From assembly GCA_050950825.1 (NCBI GenBank), contig JBMNIH010000007.1:224001-288000 (forward strand): a stretch of DNA of 64,000 nucleotides. Reading direction: 5' to 3'. How positions within the stretch are numbered: the first letter of the stretch is position 1; each line of letters starts with the position of its first letter. This document shows positions 19,065 through 30,094 of this stretch, one piece after another. Below the pieces are notes generated by a model. That model saw only the letters and a list, made by a program, of their open reading frames with translations. It was not told the origin of the DNA and ran no database searches. The stretch is from Clostridia bacterium. GTDB taxonomy: Bacteria > Bacillota > Clostridia > JAAYHZ01. The position numbers and the translations under genes were made by a program.

Positions 19065-19685
19065 TTAATCGGTCTTATTCTGCTGATTAATCATAGCCGC
19101 CTGCATGGGCAGTCCGGTAGGTCCGATGATTTTGGTTACAAATCCGGCCATTTCCTTCGGCTGCTGTTTGCGTCCGGTTTTCAGCCATGTCTCCAAAAGT
19201 CCGATGTATCCGTTAATGATAAAGGAATTGAACAATTCGTATTCTTCCGGGCTTAAGGATAGCCCCACTTCCTTCCAAATACTCGAGCATTTTTCATCCA
19301 CCAGCTTCTTTACACGTTGCAAAAAGGCCATATCTCCGTTAGGTCCAAGCATGATTTGGCACCACTCGTGGTTTTTATCAAAGAAGGCAAATACTTTGGT
19401 TAGGATATAATACGGATCGGCTTCTTGGAAAAAAGGGGCTTTGATGGGGTCGATCAGTTCGTAAAACTCGTTAAAAAATTCTTCCTCCACCTTTTTGATC
19501 ATATCAAAGATATCCGTATAGTGGTAGTAGAAAGTACCCCGATTCACGTCCGCCAGATCGCATAACTCCTTTACCGTGATACTCGAATAAGGCTTTTTTT
19601 TAAGCAAAGCAATCAAGCATTCTTTTAGTCTTTTTTTTGTGTGTCGGACGCTTCTGTTCTCCGCTTTCTTGTTTTCCATATCCAT
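19065..19685 (-). CDS. TetR/AcrR family regulator
   Basis: ITVKELCDLADVNRGTFYYHY HTH; divergent from the ABC exporter. Confidence 0.9.
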   Translation of the reverse strand: MDMENKKAENRSVRHTKKRLKECLIALLKKKPYSSITVKELCDLADVNRGTFYYHYTDIFDMIKKVEEEFFNEFYELIDPIKAPFFQEADPYYILTKVFAFFDKNHEWCQIMLGPNGDMAFLQRVKKLVDEKCSSIWKEVGLSLSPEEYELFNSFIINGYIGLLETWLKTGRKQQPKEMAGFVTKIIGPTGLPMQAAMINQQNKTD

Positions 19686-19830
19686 ATCTTTACCCTTCTT
19701 TCGACATAAATATTTATGCTTGTTGAGATTTCACCTTTTATAAAAAAGTTGATGATTTAATAAAATGGATAAATATGCTAGACTTGATTGTAGTTCAAAA
19801 TTCAACACTTGTCAAGTTGGGAGGGGATCT

Positions 19831-20535
19831 ATGGACTCTTTTGTCCGTTTTGAAAATGTTACCAAGGAATACCGTGCAGGAGATGTAGTCGTTACCGCAC
19901 TACAGGGTGTTTCTTTTGAAATCATGAAAGGCGAAATCTGCATTATACTCGGTGAATCCGGAGCCGGAAAGACCACCGTTTTAAATATATTAGGGGGAAT
20001 GGATACCCTGACTTCAGGGAAAGCGTATTTAGGAGAAAAAGAGATATCTTTATTGAACAAAAAGGAATTAACCGCGTATCGGCGGGAAGATATCGGATTT
20101 GTATTCCAATTCTATAATCTGATTCCGAACCTTACCGCCATAGAAAACGTGGAAATTGTGACCCAGATGATTAAAGATCCTCTGCCTGCGGAACAAGTCT
20201 TAAAAGACGTAGGCTTGGAGGACCGCATGTATCATTTTCCTGCCCAGCTTTCCGGAGGCGAGCAGCAGCGGGTGGCCATTGCCCGAGCATTGGCAAAAAG
20301 GCCTCGGCTTTTGTTGTGCGACGAGCCTACGGGCGCCTTGGATTATCGCACCGGAAGGCAGATCTTAAAGCTTTTACAGGACCAAAGCCGTAACAACGGA
20401 ATATCCGTTGTTATCGTTACCCATAACTCGGCTCTTACGGGGATGGCGGACCGCATCATTCGGTTGAAAAGCGGAAAAGTCGTTTCCATTAAGGAAAACG
20501 AACGTGTTCTGTCTGTAGAGGAGATCGAATGGTAA
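19831..20535 (+). CDS. ABC transporter ATP-binding protein (LolD/MacB-like)
   Basis: [32 protein letters not shown]; ATG at 19831 after RBS GGAGGGG. Confidence 0.93.
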   Translation: MDSFVRFENVTKEYRAGDVVVTALQGVSFEIMKGEICIILGESGAGKTTVLNILGGMDTLTSGKAYLGEKEISLLNKKELTAYRREDIGFVFQFYNLIPNLTAIENVEIVTQMIKDPLPAEQVLKDVGLEDRMYHFPAQLSGGEQQRVAIARALAKRPRLLLCDEPTGALDYRTGRQILKLLQDQSRNNGISVVIVTHNSALTGMADRIIRLKSGKVVSIKENERVLSVEEIEW

Positions 20536-23500
20536 TGAGAAGAAGTTCGGCATGGAGAAAAAACAACCTACGGGAAATTAAAAAAACACCGGGCCGCTAT
20601 TTTGCCATTCTTGCCATCATCGCATTGGGAGTGGGCTTTTTTTCAGGGTTAATAATTACAAAACCGGCCATGGTAAAAACATTGGACAAATACGTAACGG
20701 AGCATAAGATGTATGACTTCCGTTTGTTGTCGACGTTAGGCCTTACCGATGAAGACGTAAGCTTTTTCAATGCAAAAGAAGGAATGACGGCGGAAGGCGC
20801 CCTATCCGTCGATTTTATGGCCGCTTTGGATGCAGGGGAAGAGGAAATCATTCTAAAAGCCCATTCCGTAACCGAATCGGTAAGCTTGCTTTCGGTCCGG
20901 CAGGGTAGGCTTCCGAAGGCCGCTAACGAGTGCGTGCTGGATGCTCGGATGTTTTCGGATGACGTTATAGGCACTAAAATTAAAGTATCCGAATCCAACG
21001 ACAAGGATACGAAGGACCTTTTCGCTTACGACGAATACGAGGTCGTAGGTCTTGTCAATTCGGTCCATTATATCAGCTACGACCGCGGTACCACCGGCAT
21101 CGGTACCGGGTCCGTCCATGCCTTCGCATTTATTCCGATTGAAGGCTTTGACGTTGAATATTTTACGGAAATTCAGCTTTGGCTGCCTCATGATTTTGAA
21201 ATCTACAGCGAGGAATACGAAGACTTTATATCCTCACGCGAAGAGATTGTAAAGGCCGCTTTGGAGGAAAGAGCCGATCTTCGCTACAAAAGTATTGTGG
21301 ACGAAGCAATGGAGAAAATTGCGGACGGCCAAAAGGAATACGATGAGGCGTACGAGGAATATTTGAAAGAAAAAGCCGATGCGGAAAAAGAATTGGAAGA
21401 TGCAAAAAAGGAATTGGAGGATGCCGAAAAGAAAATCCGTGAAGAAGAAGAAAAACTGCTGGACGGAGAGAAGAAGCTTCTTGACGGGGAAAAAGAATAC
21501 CTTGAAGCGGTTAAAGAATACGAGGAATCCTTGGCGGATTTTACTCAAAAGGAAAAGGATGCTTATGCCGCCTTGGATGCGGCGAAGCAAGAGCTTCAAC
21601 AACAGCGCCTCCAAGTGGAATCCGGTATATCGCAAATAGAGAAAAGCGGCGTTTTGGAGCAGTTTGCGCAATTGACGGAAACCATTGCTTCTCTTAAGGA
21701 AGCCCTATCGATGATCTCTCCGAGCCTTCCGCAGTACCAAGCATTTAAAATGCAGCTGGCTCAAGCGGAGGTAGCCCTTCAAAGGATTCATGAATCCGGA
21801 GCTCTTGTGCAATACGAGCAATTAAAAGGCGCTCTTGTTCAGATCGAAGAAGGAGAAGTCCGTTGGGAAAGAGAAAAAGAAATGACCGTCCAAATGCTGG
21901 AGGAGGGAAAAGCAAAGCTTTCGGAGGGAAAGATCAGGCTGGATGATGCAAAAGCGGAAATCGATAAAAACAAAAAGGACATTGAGGAAGGCAAGAAAGC
22001 CATCCAAGAGGCAAAGGAGGAATACGAAAAAGGCCTTTTGGACTATGAGAAGGGTAAAAAGGAAGCCGACGAGGCATTTCAAGAAGCGGAAGAAGAATTG
22101 GCCAAGGCTTTAAAAGATTTGGAGAATGCTCGTAAAGAGGTGGAAGACATTCCGAAGCCGAAAACCTTCATTTTGGACCGTACCTACAACCAAGGATATG
22201 CGTCTTTTGAAAACGATTCCTCCATCTTGGAGGGTATCGGAAAGGTCCTTCCCGTTTTCTTTTTCTTGGTGGCCGCCATGGTATGCTCCGTCACCATGAC
22301 CCGAATGACCGATGAACACCGTACCCAAATCGGTACGCTAAAAGCTTTAGGGTACGGCGACTTTAAGATCGCGCGAAAATACATGACCTATGCCGGCAGT
22401 GCCGCGTTGATCGGCTGTGTGATCGGGTATTTTATGGGAACGAAATATTTCCCGATGGCCATATGGGCAGCCTACAGCATGATTTACGATATTTCTTCCA
22501 TTGCATATATCCACGACATACGGCTGGCAGTCATTTCTTTGGCGGTTTCTTTCCTTTGCTCAGTAGGGGTTACGTATGTATCCTGCAAAAGCGAGCTTTT
22601 ACAGATGCCGGCCGAGTTAATAAGGCCGAAGGCGCCCAAGCCCGGAAAACGGGTTTTATTGGAGAGAATTCCCGTCATTTGGAGTCGACTTCGGTTTGTA
22701 CAAAAAGTGTCCATTCGCAATATATTCCGGTATAAGCGGAGGCTTTTGATGACGGTTTTGGGGGTTGCAGGGTGCATGTCCATGGTTGTGGCGGCTCTTG
22801 GAATCAAGAACTCCGTCAGCAATGTGGTCAACGACCAGTTTGACAACATCATGATTTACGACTTTAACATCCGGTTTTCCGAAGGACAAACCTCGGCGGA
22901 AAGAGCGGAATTCATAAAAACCTACAAGGACGTATTATCGGAATGCGCATTCGTTTTGGAAAGCGATATCGAAGCGGTGAAAGGCGAAAGTATAAAAACC
23001 GTTACGATGGTGGCTACCGATGACCCGAATATCACTTCCGTGGTTCGGCTGTATTCGAAAAGCGGAAATATGCCCTATCCTTCCGACGGAAAAGCGGTGT
23101 TAAGCCATCGATTGGCGGAAAATTTCAATATTGCGGTAGGAGATACGATCACCGTTCGGATCAATGACCTTGAAACGGCGGATATTCCCGTGGAGGGCAT
23201 CTTTGAAAACTATATGGGCAACTTCTTGTTTATGACCGGTAATACCTACAAAGCCTTTTTCGAAAAAGAGCCCTCTTACCAAAACGCCTATGCTTCTACC
23301 GACAAGGAGGATCTGTATTCCGTATCCGCCTTGCTGACCAACGACGACAGCGTGGCCTCCGTAACGGTTCTTTACGATTTGAGAGTGATGGTGGACAATA
23401 TGATGGAAAGCCTGAACCGAGTCGTAACCTTGGTCATCTTTTGCGCGGCGGCCTTAAGCTTTGTCGTGATTTACAATCTGAATAACATCAACATTACGGA

Positions 23501-23813
23501 ACGGGCTCGGGAGATTGCCACCATAAAAGTGCTAGGCTTTTATCCTTATGAGACGGAAGAATATATTTTCCGCGAAACGCTCATATTGACGGCTATCAGT
23601 GTCATAATAGGATTAGGCTTGGGTAAATTGCTCCATCAATTTGTGATGGACCAAATCCGGGTGGATGCGGTTTCCTTTAAGTATCGAATTTTATGGAGCA
23701 GCTATTTCATCGGTGCCGCGGTCACCTTCGTTATCACCTTCCTTGTGAATTTGATGCTGAGGAAGAAGATCGACAACATTAAACCGGCGGAATCGCTGAA
23801 ATCCGTTGAATAG
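20529..23813 (+). CDS. FtsX-like ABC permease with a long extracellular coiled coil
   Basis: Two FtsX-type repeats (RTQIGTLKALGY; ERAREIATIKVLGF). Confidence 0.9.
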   Translation: MVMRRSSAWRKNNLREIKKTPGRYFAILAIIALGVGFFSGLIITKPAMVKTLDKYVTEHKMYDFRLLSTLGLTDEDVSFFNAKEGMTAEGALSVDFMAALDAGEEEIILKAHSVTESVSLLSVRQGRLPKAANECVLDARMFSDDVIGTKIKVSESNDKDTKDLFAYDEYEVVGLVNSVHYISYDRGTTGIGTGSVHAFAFIPIEGFDVEYFTEIQLWLPHDFEIYSEEYEDFISSREEIVKAALEERADLRYKSIVDEAMEKIADGQKEYDEAYEEYLKEKADAEKELEDAKKELEDAEKKIREEEEKLLDGEKKLLDGEKEYLEAVKEYEESLADFTQKEKDAYAALDAAKQELQQQRLQVESGISQIEKSGVLEQFAQLTETIASLKEALSMISPSLPQYQAFKMQLAQAEVALQRIHESGALVQYEQLKGALVQIEEGEVRWEREKEMTVQMLEEGKAKLSEGKIRLDDAKAEIDKNKKDIEEGKKAIQEAKEEYEKGLLDYEKGKKEADEAFQEAEEELAKALKDLENARKEVEDIPKPKTFILDRTYNQGYASFENDSSILEGIGKVLPVFFFLVAAMVCSVTMTRMTDEHRTQIGTLKALGYGDFKIARKYMTYAGSAALIGCVIGYFMGTKYFPMAIWAAYSMIYDISSIAYIHDIRLAVISLAVSFLCSVGVTYVSCKSELLQMPAELIRPKAPKPGKRVLLERIPVIWSRLRFVQKVSIRNIFRYKRRLLMTVLGVAGCMSMVVAALGIKNSVSNVVNDQFDNIMIYDFNIRFSEGQTSAERAEFIKTYKDVLSECAFVLESDIEAVKGESIKTVTMVATDDPNITSVVRLYSKSGNMPYPSDGKAVLSHRLAENFNIAVGDTITVRINDLETADIPVEGIFENYMGNFLFMTGNTYKAFFEKEPSYQNAYASTDKEDLYSVSALLTNDDSVASVTVLYDLRVMVDNMMESLNRVVTLVIFCAAALSFVVIYNLNNINITERAREIATIKVLGFYPYETEEYIFRETLILTAISVIIGLGLGKLLHQFVMDQIRVDAVSFKYRILWSSYFIGAAVTFVITFLVNLMLRKKIDNIKPAESLKSVE

Positions 23814-24032
23814 ATCGAAGATAAGGAAGAATTTACCAAATGAACGCTCACTCACTAAATTTTACCATAACAAAATTAGACTGCCAATTTCTTAAAAAAC
23901 GTATTAAATGTTACGGACATAAAAGACAAGTTATGGTAAGATAAGAAGGGAATGACGTTCGAAGGCATGATTTTCGAATAGTCGGAAACCGTAAGGGAGT
24001 ACACCTTTTCTAAACGACGGGAGGTTTGCAGT

Positions 24033-25226
24033 ATGAGCTTTAAAATTAGCGATACGATTACTTGGACGGGTAAAATCGATTGGGAATTGAACCGATTTCA
24101 CGGAGACGAGTACTCCGTTCATCGAGGAACATCCTACAACTCGTATTTAATTCGTGACGAAAAGACCGTTTTGATCGATACGGTTTGGGCGCCTTTTGCC
24201 AAAGAATTCGTTGAAAACTTGAAAAAAGAAATCGATCTTGACGAAATCGACTATATAATCGCCAACCACGGTGAAATCGATCACAGCGGGGCCCTTCCCG
24301 AATTGATGCGATATATACCGGACAAGCCCATTTACTGCACAAAAAATGCCGTTCGATCCATCAAAGGCCACCATCATGAGGATTGGAATTTTGTTGAAGT
24401 AAAGACGGGAGATACGCTGGATATCGGGAAGAACAAGCTGGTTTTCGTGGAAGCCCGCATGCTGCATTGGCCGGATACCATGATGACGTATATGGCCGGA
24501 GAAAACGTTTTGTTCAGCAACGACGCTTTTGGGCAGCATTACGCCTCGGAGCTCATGTTTAACGATTTGGTTGACCGAGAGGAATTGTACCGTGAGGCCA
24601 TGAAGTATTACGCCAACATATTGACGCCTTTCAGCCCTTTGGTGACGAAGAAGATTCAAGAAGTGATAGACATGAATATACCCATCAACATGATTTGTCC
24701 GAGTCACGGAATCATTTGGAGGGACAACCCCTTACAGATCGTAGAGACCTATCTGAAGTGGGCGGCCGATTACCAAGAAAACCAAATCGTCATCGTATAC
24801 GATACCATGTGGAACGGCACACGCAAAATGGCGGAGGCCATTGCGGAAGGGATCAAGGAAGCGGACAAGGATGTGACCGTAAAGCTTTTCAACAGCGCAA
24901 AACGAGATAAGAACGACATCTTGACCGAGATTTTTAAATCCAAAGCATTCTTGATCGGTTCACCTACCATCAACAAGGGATTGGCTCATTCGATCGGCGG
25001 ACTTTTGGAAATGATGAGAGGATTAGGCTTCAAGAATAAGAAAGCGGCAAGCTTCGGAAGCTACGGCTGGAGTGGGGAAGGTATAAAATTAATTACCCAA
25101 GCTTTGAAGGAAGCGGGTATAGCGACGGTGGACGACGGCATAAGGGAATTGTGGAACCCGGATGATGAAGCGAAAGAGCGCTTGAAAGCGTACGGGAAAA
25201 ATTTCGTAGAAGCGATAAAGGCTTAA
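24033..25226 (+). CDS. fprA: Flavodiiron protein (NO/O2 reductase, FprA family)
   Basis: HGEIDH, HWPD, SNDAFG and PSHG diiron ligands; flavodoxin motifs TMWNGT and FGSYGWSGE. Confidence 0.93.
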   Translation: MSFKISDTITWTGKIDWELNRFHGDEYSVHRGTSYNSYLIRDEKTVLIDTVWAPFAKEFVENLKKEIDLDEIDYIIANHGEIDHSGALPELMRYIPDKPIYCTKNAVRSIKGHHHEDWNFVEVKTGDTLDIGKNKLVFVEARMLHWPDTMMTYMAGENVLFSNDAFGQHYASELMFNDLVDREELYREAMKYYANILTPFSPLVTKKIQEVIDMNIPINMICPSHGIIWRDNPLQIVETYLKWAADYQENQIVIVYDTMWNGTRKMAEAIAEGIKEADKDVTVKLFNSAKRDKNDILTEIFKSKAFLIGSPTINKGLAHSIGGLLEMMRGLGFKNKKAASFGSYGWSGEGIKLITQALKEAGIATVDDGIRELWNPDDEAKERLKAYGKNFVEAIKA

Positions 25227-25251
25227 CGAGCTTGCGGCAAGCTTATTTAAC

Positions 25252-25275
25252 AAGAGGCGGAAAAGCCTCTTTTCT
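25252..25275 (+). terminator. Rho-independent terminator after fprA
   Basis: AAGAGGC-GGAAAA-GCCTCTT followed by TTCTT. Confidence 0.65.
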
Positions 25276-25443
25276 TGTGGATTTTTGGCGAATCGAGGCC
25301 AAGTTTTTCGGTTTCCTCGGTTCCTCCGGTCCTTTGCTTGAAAGGGAAGCTTTCGGTGTGATAGAATACTTAATAATAATAAGGAACAACAAAGCAAAGA
25401 ACCTAAATAGGTGCATTTTGATACGGCACGGTAGGGGGTACAT

Positions 25444-26613
25444 ATGATACTGATTAAAAATGCCAAGATCTTGACCATGGCGGGTAAAAATATCGAATCC
25501 GGATATATTATTATCCGAGACGGAAAAATTCGACAACTGGGAACCGATGCGGACATGCCGTCGGAAACCGGATTTGAAAAGGTGATTGACGCCCACGGAG
25601 GCTACGTTTTGCCCGGGTTTGTGGATGCCCACTGTCATATCGGAATGTGGGAAGACGGAGTCGGCCAAGAAGGAGCCGACGGAAACGAAGCGACGGATCC
25701 GGTAACGCCTCAATTGAAGGCCATTGACGGCATCTTTTTTAAAGACAATTGCTTTAACGAAGCAAGAGAAGCCGGAGTCACCGTCTGCGTCACCGGTCCC
25801 GGGAGCGCTAACGTCATAGGCGGCCAATTTGCCGCGGTGAAAACACTGCCGGGTACCCCGGACGATATGATCTTAAGCGACTGTATTGCCATGAAGATGG
25901 CTTTCGGCGAAAATCCGAAGAGAGTGTACGGCGGACAGAATAAATGCCCTTCCACCCGTATGGGAACGGCGGCCATTATCCGAGAAAGCCTGTTAATGGC
26001 GGATGAATACCAAAGAAAAATCGAACAGGCGAAGGAAAGCAACGAATCCAAAAAGCCGGATTTTAATTATAAATATGAGAGCTTGGCGAAGGTACTGGGC
26101 GGAAGGCTTCTTGTAAAGGCTCATGCCCACAGGCAGGACGACATCATAACCGCCATTCGTGTTGCAAGAGAATTCAATCTTCATATGACGATTGAACACG
26201 GTACCGAAGGATACTTGATTTCGGAGTACATAAAGAATGCGAATTTCGGCGTCATAGCAGGGCCGATCATAAGCGATCGCAGTAAAATCGAGCTTCGAAA
26301 CCAAAGTCCGAAAAATCCCGGAATATTGGCGAAAGCCGGAATCTTAACCGCCATTATGACGGACCATCCGGTGATTCCCATCCAATACCTTCCCTTGTGC
26401 GCCACCGTGGCTTACAAGGCGGGAATGGACGAGGAAGAAGCGTTGAAGGCCATTACCATCAATGCGGCGAAGCTCACAGGAATCGACCATCGGGTAGGAA
26501 GCATAGAGCCCGGAAAGGATGCGGATATTTCCGTATTCGACGGACATCCTTTCGAATTCCGAACAAAATTACGCTATGTATTTATAAACGGTAAATTGGT
26601 ACATGAGGGATAA
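25444..26613 (+). CDS. Metal-dependent amidohydrolase (imidazolonepropionase-like)
   Basis: PGFVDAHCH, KMAFGENPK, TDHP and GSIEPGKDAD motifs. Confidence 0.88.
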   Translation: MILIKNAKILTMAGKNIESGYIIIRDGKIRQLGTDADMPSETGFEKVIDAHGGYVLPGFVDAHCHIGMWEDGVGQEGADGNEATDPVTPQLKAIDGIFFKDNCFNEAREAGVTVCVTGPGSANVIGGQFAAVKTLPGTPDDMILSDCIAMKMAFGENPKRVYGGQNKCPSTRMGTAAIIRESLLMADEYQRKIEQAKESNESKKPDFNYKYESLAKVLGGRLLVKAHAHRQDDIITAIRVAREFNLHMTIEHGTEGYLISEYIKNANFGVIAGPIISDRSKIELRNQSPKNPGILAKAGILTAIMTDHPVIPIQYLPLCATVAYKAGMDEEEALKAITINAAKLTGIDHRVGSIEPGKDADISVFDGHPFEFRTKLRYVFINGKLVHEG

Positions 26614-27097
26614 ATATATTCGGACAATTGAAACCCGCAACGAAGAAGAAACGAAGGCGTTCGGGAAGTTTTTAGGTGAACATGCCAAGGCCGGGGATAC
26701 CTTTTGTTTGACCGGCGATTTGGGCAGCGGAAAAACCGTATTGACAAAAGGAATAGCGGAAGGCTTGGGGTTGTCCGACGAAGTGACAAGCCCTACATTC
26801 GCCTTAATGAACATTTATCAAGGCGAGGTTCCGCTGTATCATTTCGATGTTTATCGCTTGGAGGATCCCTCCATGATCGCGGATATCGGTTTTTACGATT
26901 TCGTAGGAAGCGACGGCGTATCGGTTATCGAATGGGCGGACCTTATACAAGACTATTTGCCGGACGGATACATTCGACTGGATATCAAAAGGGATTTTAA
27001 AACCGGAAGCGACCGAAGGGTCATAACGGTGTATCAAAAAGGAGAGAGCATGGCCCACGTCCTGCATGCATTAGAGGAACGGGAGAAAGAACTATGA
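26603..27097 (+). CDS. tsaE: t6A biosynthesis ATPase TsaE
   Basis: GDLGSGKT, SPTF, YHFDVYRL, IEWA. Confidence 0.95.
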   Translation: MRDKYIRTIETRNEEETKAFGKFLGEHAKAGDTFCLTGDLGSGKTVLTKGIAEGLGLSDEVTSPTFALMNIYQGEVPLYHFDVYRLEDPSMIADIGFYDFVGSDGVSVIEWADLIQDYLPDGYIRLDIKRDFKTGSDRRVITVYQKGESMAHVLHALEEREKEL

Positions 27098-27783
27098 TTG
27101 TATTGGCCGTTGATACTGCAACCAAAGCGGCTTCGGCCGCCTTAATTGATAACGGGGAAATCCGTTCGGAGTTTTTGATCAACAATCGAACGATGCATTC
27201 GAGAAATTTAATGCCTTTGGTGGAGGAAGCGGTCAAGGCCGCCGGCATCAAGAAGTCGGATATCGATTTGTTTGCTTCCACCGTCGGACCCGGATCCTTT
27301 ACCGGAGTTCGAATCGGGGTTGCAACCGTGAAGGCTATGGCATACGCATTGAAAAAGCCCGTCGTAGGCATCAACACGTTGGACTGCTTGGCATATGATG
27401 TCTGCGAATACGAGAAATTGATTTGCCCCGTTTTGGATGCGAGAAACGAACAGGTTTTTTGTGCCGTATATCGTAAGGACGAGAACAATACCTTGGAACG
27501 CCTGACCGACTACATGGGTATTCCCATAGAGGAGCTGATGGAACTTTTGGAAGGCTATCAAAAAGACGTCATTTTTACGGGAGATGCCTATGAAATGTGC
27601 CTCCGCCGAGAGCCTTCTCGAAAATTTAGAAAGTACGGTGTTCACCGCGGCGCCTATATGCCTAAAGCTTCTACGGTAGGACTGATGGCCCTTCATGAGC
27701 CTTTCACGGATCCCGCTCTTTTAAAGCCGTTTTATCTACGAATGTCTCAAGCCGAAAGATTAATGGGTAGCAAAAATGAGTGA
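27094..27783 (+). CDS. tsaB: t6A biosynthesis protein TsaB
   Basis: LAVDTAT, GPGSFTGVRIG, DAR, P.YLR. Confidence 0.95.
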   Translation: MIVLAVDTATKAASAALIDNGEIRSEFLINNRTMHSRNLMPLVEEAVKAAGIKKSDIDLFASTVGPGSFTGVRIGVATVKAMAYALKKPVVGINTLDCLAYDVCEYEKLICPVLDARNEQVFCAVYRKDENNTLERLTDYMGIPIEELMELLEGYQKDVIFTGDAYEMCLRREPSRKFRKYGVHRGAYMPKASTVGLMALHEPFTDPALLKPFYLRMSQAERLMGSKNE

Positions 27784-28231
27784 TCGAATACGCATCGTAA
27801 GAAGCAATGATAGTCATATTGACGGTATCTATGAAATTGAAAAGTCCGTATTCGCCGTTCCTTGGTCGAAAAAGGCTTTGTATGAAGATATCGTGGAAAA
27901 TATCTTATCCTATTACGTTACCGCTTTGTCGGAAAAGGAAAAACGCGTTGTGGGATACGGCGGAATGTGGCTGGTACAGGATGAGGCACATGTAACCAAT
28001 ATTGCCGTTGACAAGGCTTTTCAAGGGAAGGGCGTAGGCTCGGCCATCTTAGAAGCGTTGATCCGAAAGTGCGAAATTTCCGGGATCCGGTATATGACCT
28101 TGGAGGTTCGGGAAAGCAACTATGTGGCTCAACGTCTTTACCAAAAGTTCGGATTCAAGGCGGAAGGGATTCGCAAAGGATATTACTCGGATAATAAAAA
28201 GGATGCGATTATCATGTGGAAGTATTTGTGA
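27776..28231 (+). CDS. rimI: Ribosomal protein S18 N-acetyltransferase
   Basis: HVTNIAV, QGKGVG, LEVRESN, LY.KFGF. Confidence 0.92.
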   Translation: MSDRIRIVRSNDSHIDGIYEIEKSVFAVPWSKKALYEDIVENILSYYVTALSEKEKRVVGYGGMWLVQDEAHVTNIAVDKAFQGKGVGSAILEALIRKCEISGIRYMTLEVRESNYVAQRLYQKFGFKAEGIRKGYYSDNKKDAIIMWKYL

Positions 28232-28265
28232 GTATTGCCTTTGGAAAGCGGGGGATTCATCGTAA

Positions 28266-30083
28266 ATGTTTGACATACGGGAAGAACTGAAAACATTGCC
28301 TGAATTGCCGGGCGTTTATTTGATGAAAAACGCTTCCGGAAAAATCATATATATCGGAAAAGCCCGCGTACTTAAAAACAGAGTGAAGCAGTATTTCACG
28401 GGAACCCATGATCCGAAAACCTCCGCTTTGGTGGACAGGATCAAGTCCTTTGAATATATCGTAACCGATAACGAAGTAGAGGCATTGATTTTGGAATCCA
28501 CGTTGATAAAAAAGCACATGCCCTACTACAACATACTGCTGAAAGACGACAAGTCCTTTCCGTATCTTCGCGTAGACACGGAAGCCTATTTCCCTACCGT
28601 TACCATTGTTCGGAGACCGGCGGAGGACGGTGCCAAATATTTCGGCCCTTTTCACATCAGCGCCACCAATTTGAATCGTACGCTGAACATTTTGAAAAAA
28701 GCTTTTCCCATAAGGTCGTGCAATAAACAGTTGGACGGTAAAGATATTCTTCGACCTTGCTTGAATTACCACATTAAAAAGTGTGCCGGAGCCTGTGCAG
28801 GATATATATCCCGGGAAGAGTACTTGGCTTACGTCAAACATATCATCGATTTTTTTTCAGGAAAACACGAGGACATTGTAAAATCTCTTGAAAAAGAAAT
28901 GCTGGAAGCTTCGGATGATCTGGATTTTGAGAAAGCGGCGGATTTAAGAGATAAAATCGGATTGATAAAGTCGGTAACGGAAAGGCAAAAAATCGTATCC
29001 GTGGGCGGCGAAGACGAAGACTATATCGCCATTTATTCGGAGTACGATCTTTGCTGTATCGCCGTCTTTTACGTTCGAGACGGCAAGGTATCGGACAAAA
29101 GGGAGTTTATCCAAAAAAACATATTGGGAGAGCCTATAGAGACGGTGCTCGACTCCTTTATGAAGCAATACTATACTTCCGAAACCTTGGTTCCGAAAAC
29201 CATTGTTGTCAATGTAGAGCCCCCCGATTCGGAGCTGATTCAAAAATGGCTTTCGGAAATGACGGGAAGGTCCGTAACGATCAAAGTACCCCAAAGAGGA
29301 AAGAAAAAAGAGATGATCGATATGGTCCTTCAAAATGCGCAGATCCATTTGAAGAATACTTGCTTAAGGCAGAGTAATGCGAGAATGATCGCCGAAGAAG
29401 GCTTACACGGCTTGAAGGAGCTTTTGGACCTTGAAGATATACCGGTTCGAATCGAGGCCTATGATGTATCCAATTTCGGCTCCTCCCATATTGTTGCGGG
29501 AAGAATCGTATACATCAACGGAAAAAAGGAGCCTTCCCAATACCGCAGGTACAAAATCCGAGGAACCGATTCCCAAGACGACTACCTTTCCATGTCCGAA
29601 GTCCTTCGAAGAAGGTTCAAGGGCGGAAAGGATTCCGAGGATATGCCGGATTTGATTTTAATCGATGGCGGAAAAGGCCATGTAGCTGCCGTATCCAAGG
29701 TCTTGCGGGAATGCGGTTTGTCTCATTTAAAGATTGCCGGTATGGTAAAGGACGACAAGCATAAAACCGCAGGGCTTATCACCCCGGAGGGACCTGTGGA
29801 TATGAGCGGTCATATGCCGGTGTTAAGGTTTTTGTCCGGTATACAAGAGGAGACCCACCGATACGCCATTGCCTACAGCCGCTTGCTGACCGAAAAAGCC
29901 ATGCGGGAGTCGGCTTTAGACGATATACCGGGGATAGGACCGACACGGAAAAAAGCGCTTTTAAAGGCGTTCCAATCGGTAGATAAGATTAAGAAAGCAA
30001 GCACGGAAGAGCTTAAGAAAGTAAAAGGAATCACGGAACAAGTAGCGGAAAACATTTATCATTATTTCAATGAAGACGAGTAG
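28266..30083 (+). CDS. uvrC: Excinuclease ABC subunit C
   Basis: GIY-YIG domain (PGVY..IIYIGKA), UVR domain, RIEAYDVS, LIDGGKG, C-terminal HhH. Confidence 0.96.
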   Translation: MFDIREELKTLPELPGVYLMKNASGKIIYIGKARVLKNRVKQYFTGTHDPKTSALVDRIKSFEYIVTDNEVEALILESTLIKKHMPYYNILLKDDKSFPYLRVDTEAYFPTVTIVRRPAEDGAKYFGPFHISATNLNRTLNILKKAFPIRSCNKQLDGKDILRPCLNYHIKKCAGACAGYISREEYLAYVKHIIDFFSGKHEDIVKSLEKEMLEASDDLDFEKAADLRDKIGLIKSVTERQKIVSVGGEDEDYIAIYSEYDLCCIAVFYVRDGKVSDKREFIQKNILGEPIETVLDSFMKQYYTSETLVPKTIVVNVEPPDSELIQKWLSEMTGRSVTIKVPQRGKKKEMIDMVLQNAQIHLKNTCLRQSNARMIAEEGLHGLKELLDLEDIPVRIEAYDVSNFGSSHIVAGRIVYINGKKEPSQYRRYKIRGTDSQDDYLSMSEVLRRRFKGGKDSEDMPDLILIDGGKGHVAAVSKVLRECGLSHLKIAGMVKDDKHKTAGLITPEGPVDMSGHMPVLRFLSGIQEETHRYAIAYSRLLTEKAMRESALDDIPGIGPTRKKALLKAFQSVDKIKKASTEELKKVKGITEQVAENIYHYFNEDE

Positions 30084-30094
30084 ACGGTGAGAGC

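Noticed and set aside
21300-22150. Repetitive GAA/AAA-rich DNA in the ABC permease
   Set aside because: It reflects a coiled-coil protein region common in this permease family.
23930-24030. Possible riboswitch in the fprA leader
   Set aside because: No recognisable aptamer consensus or terminator/antiterminator pair by eye.
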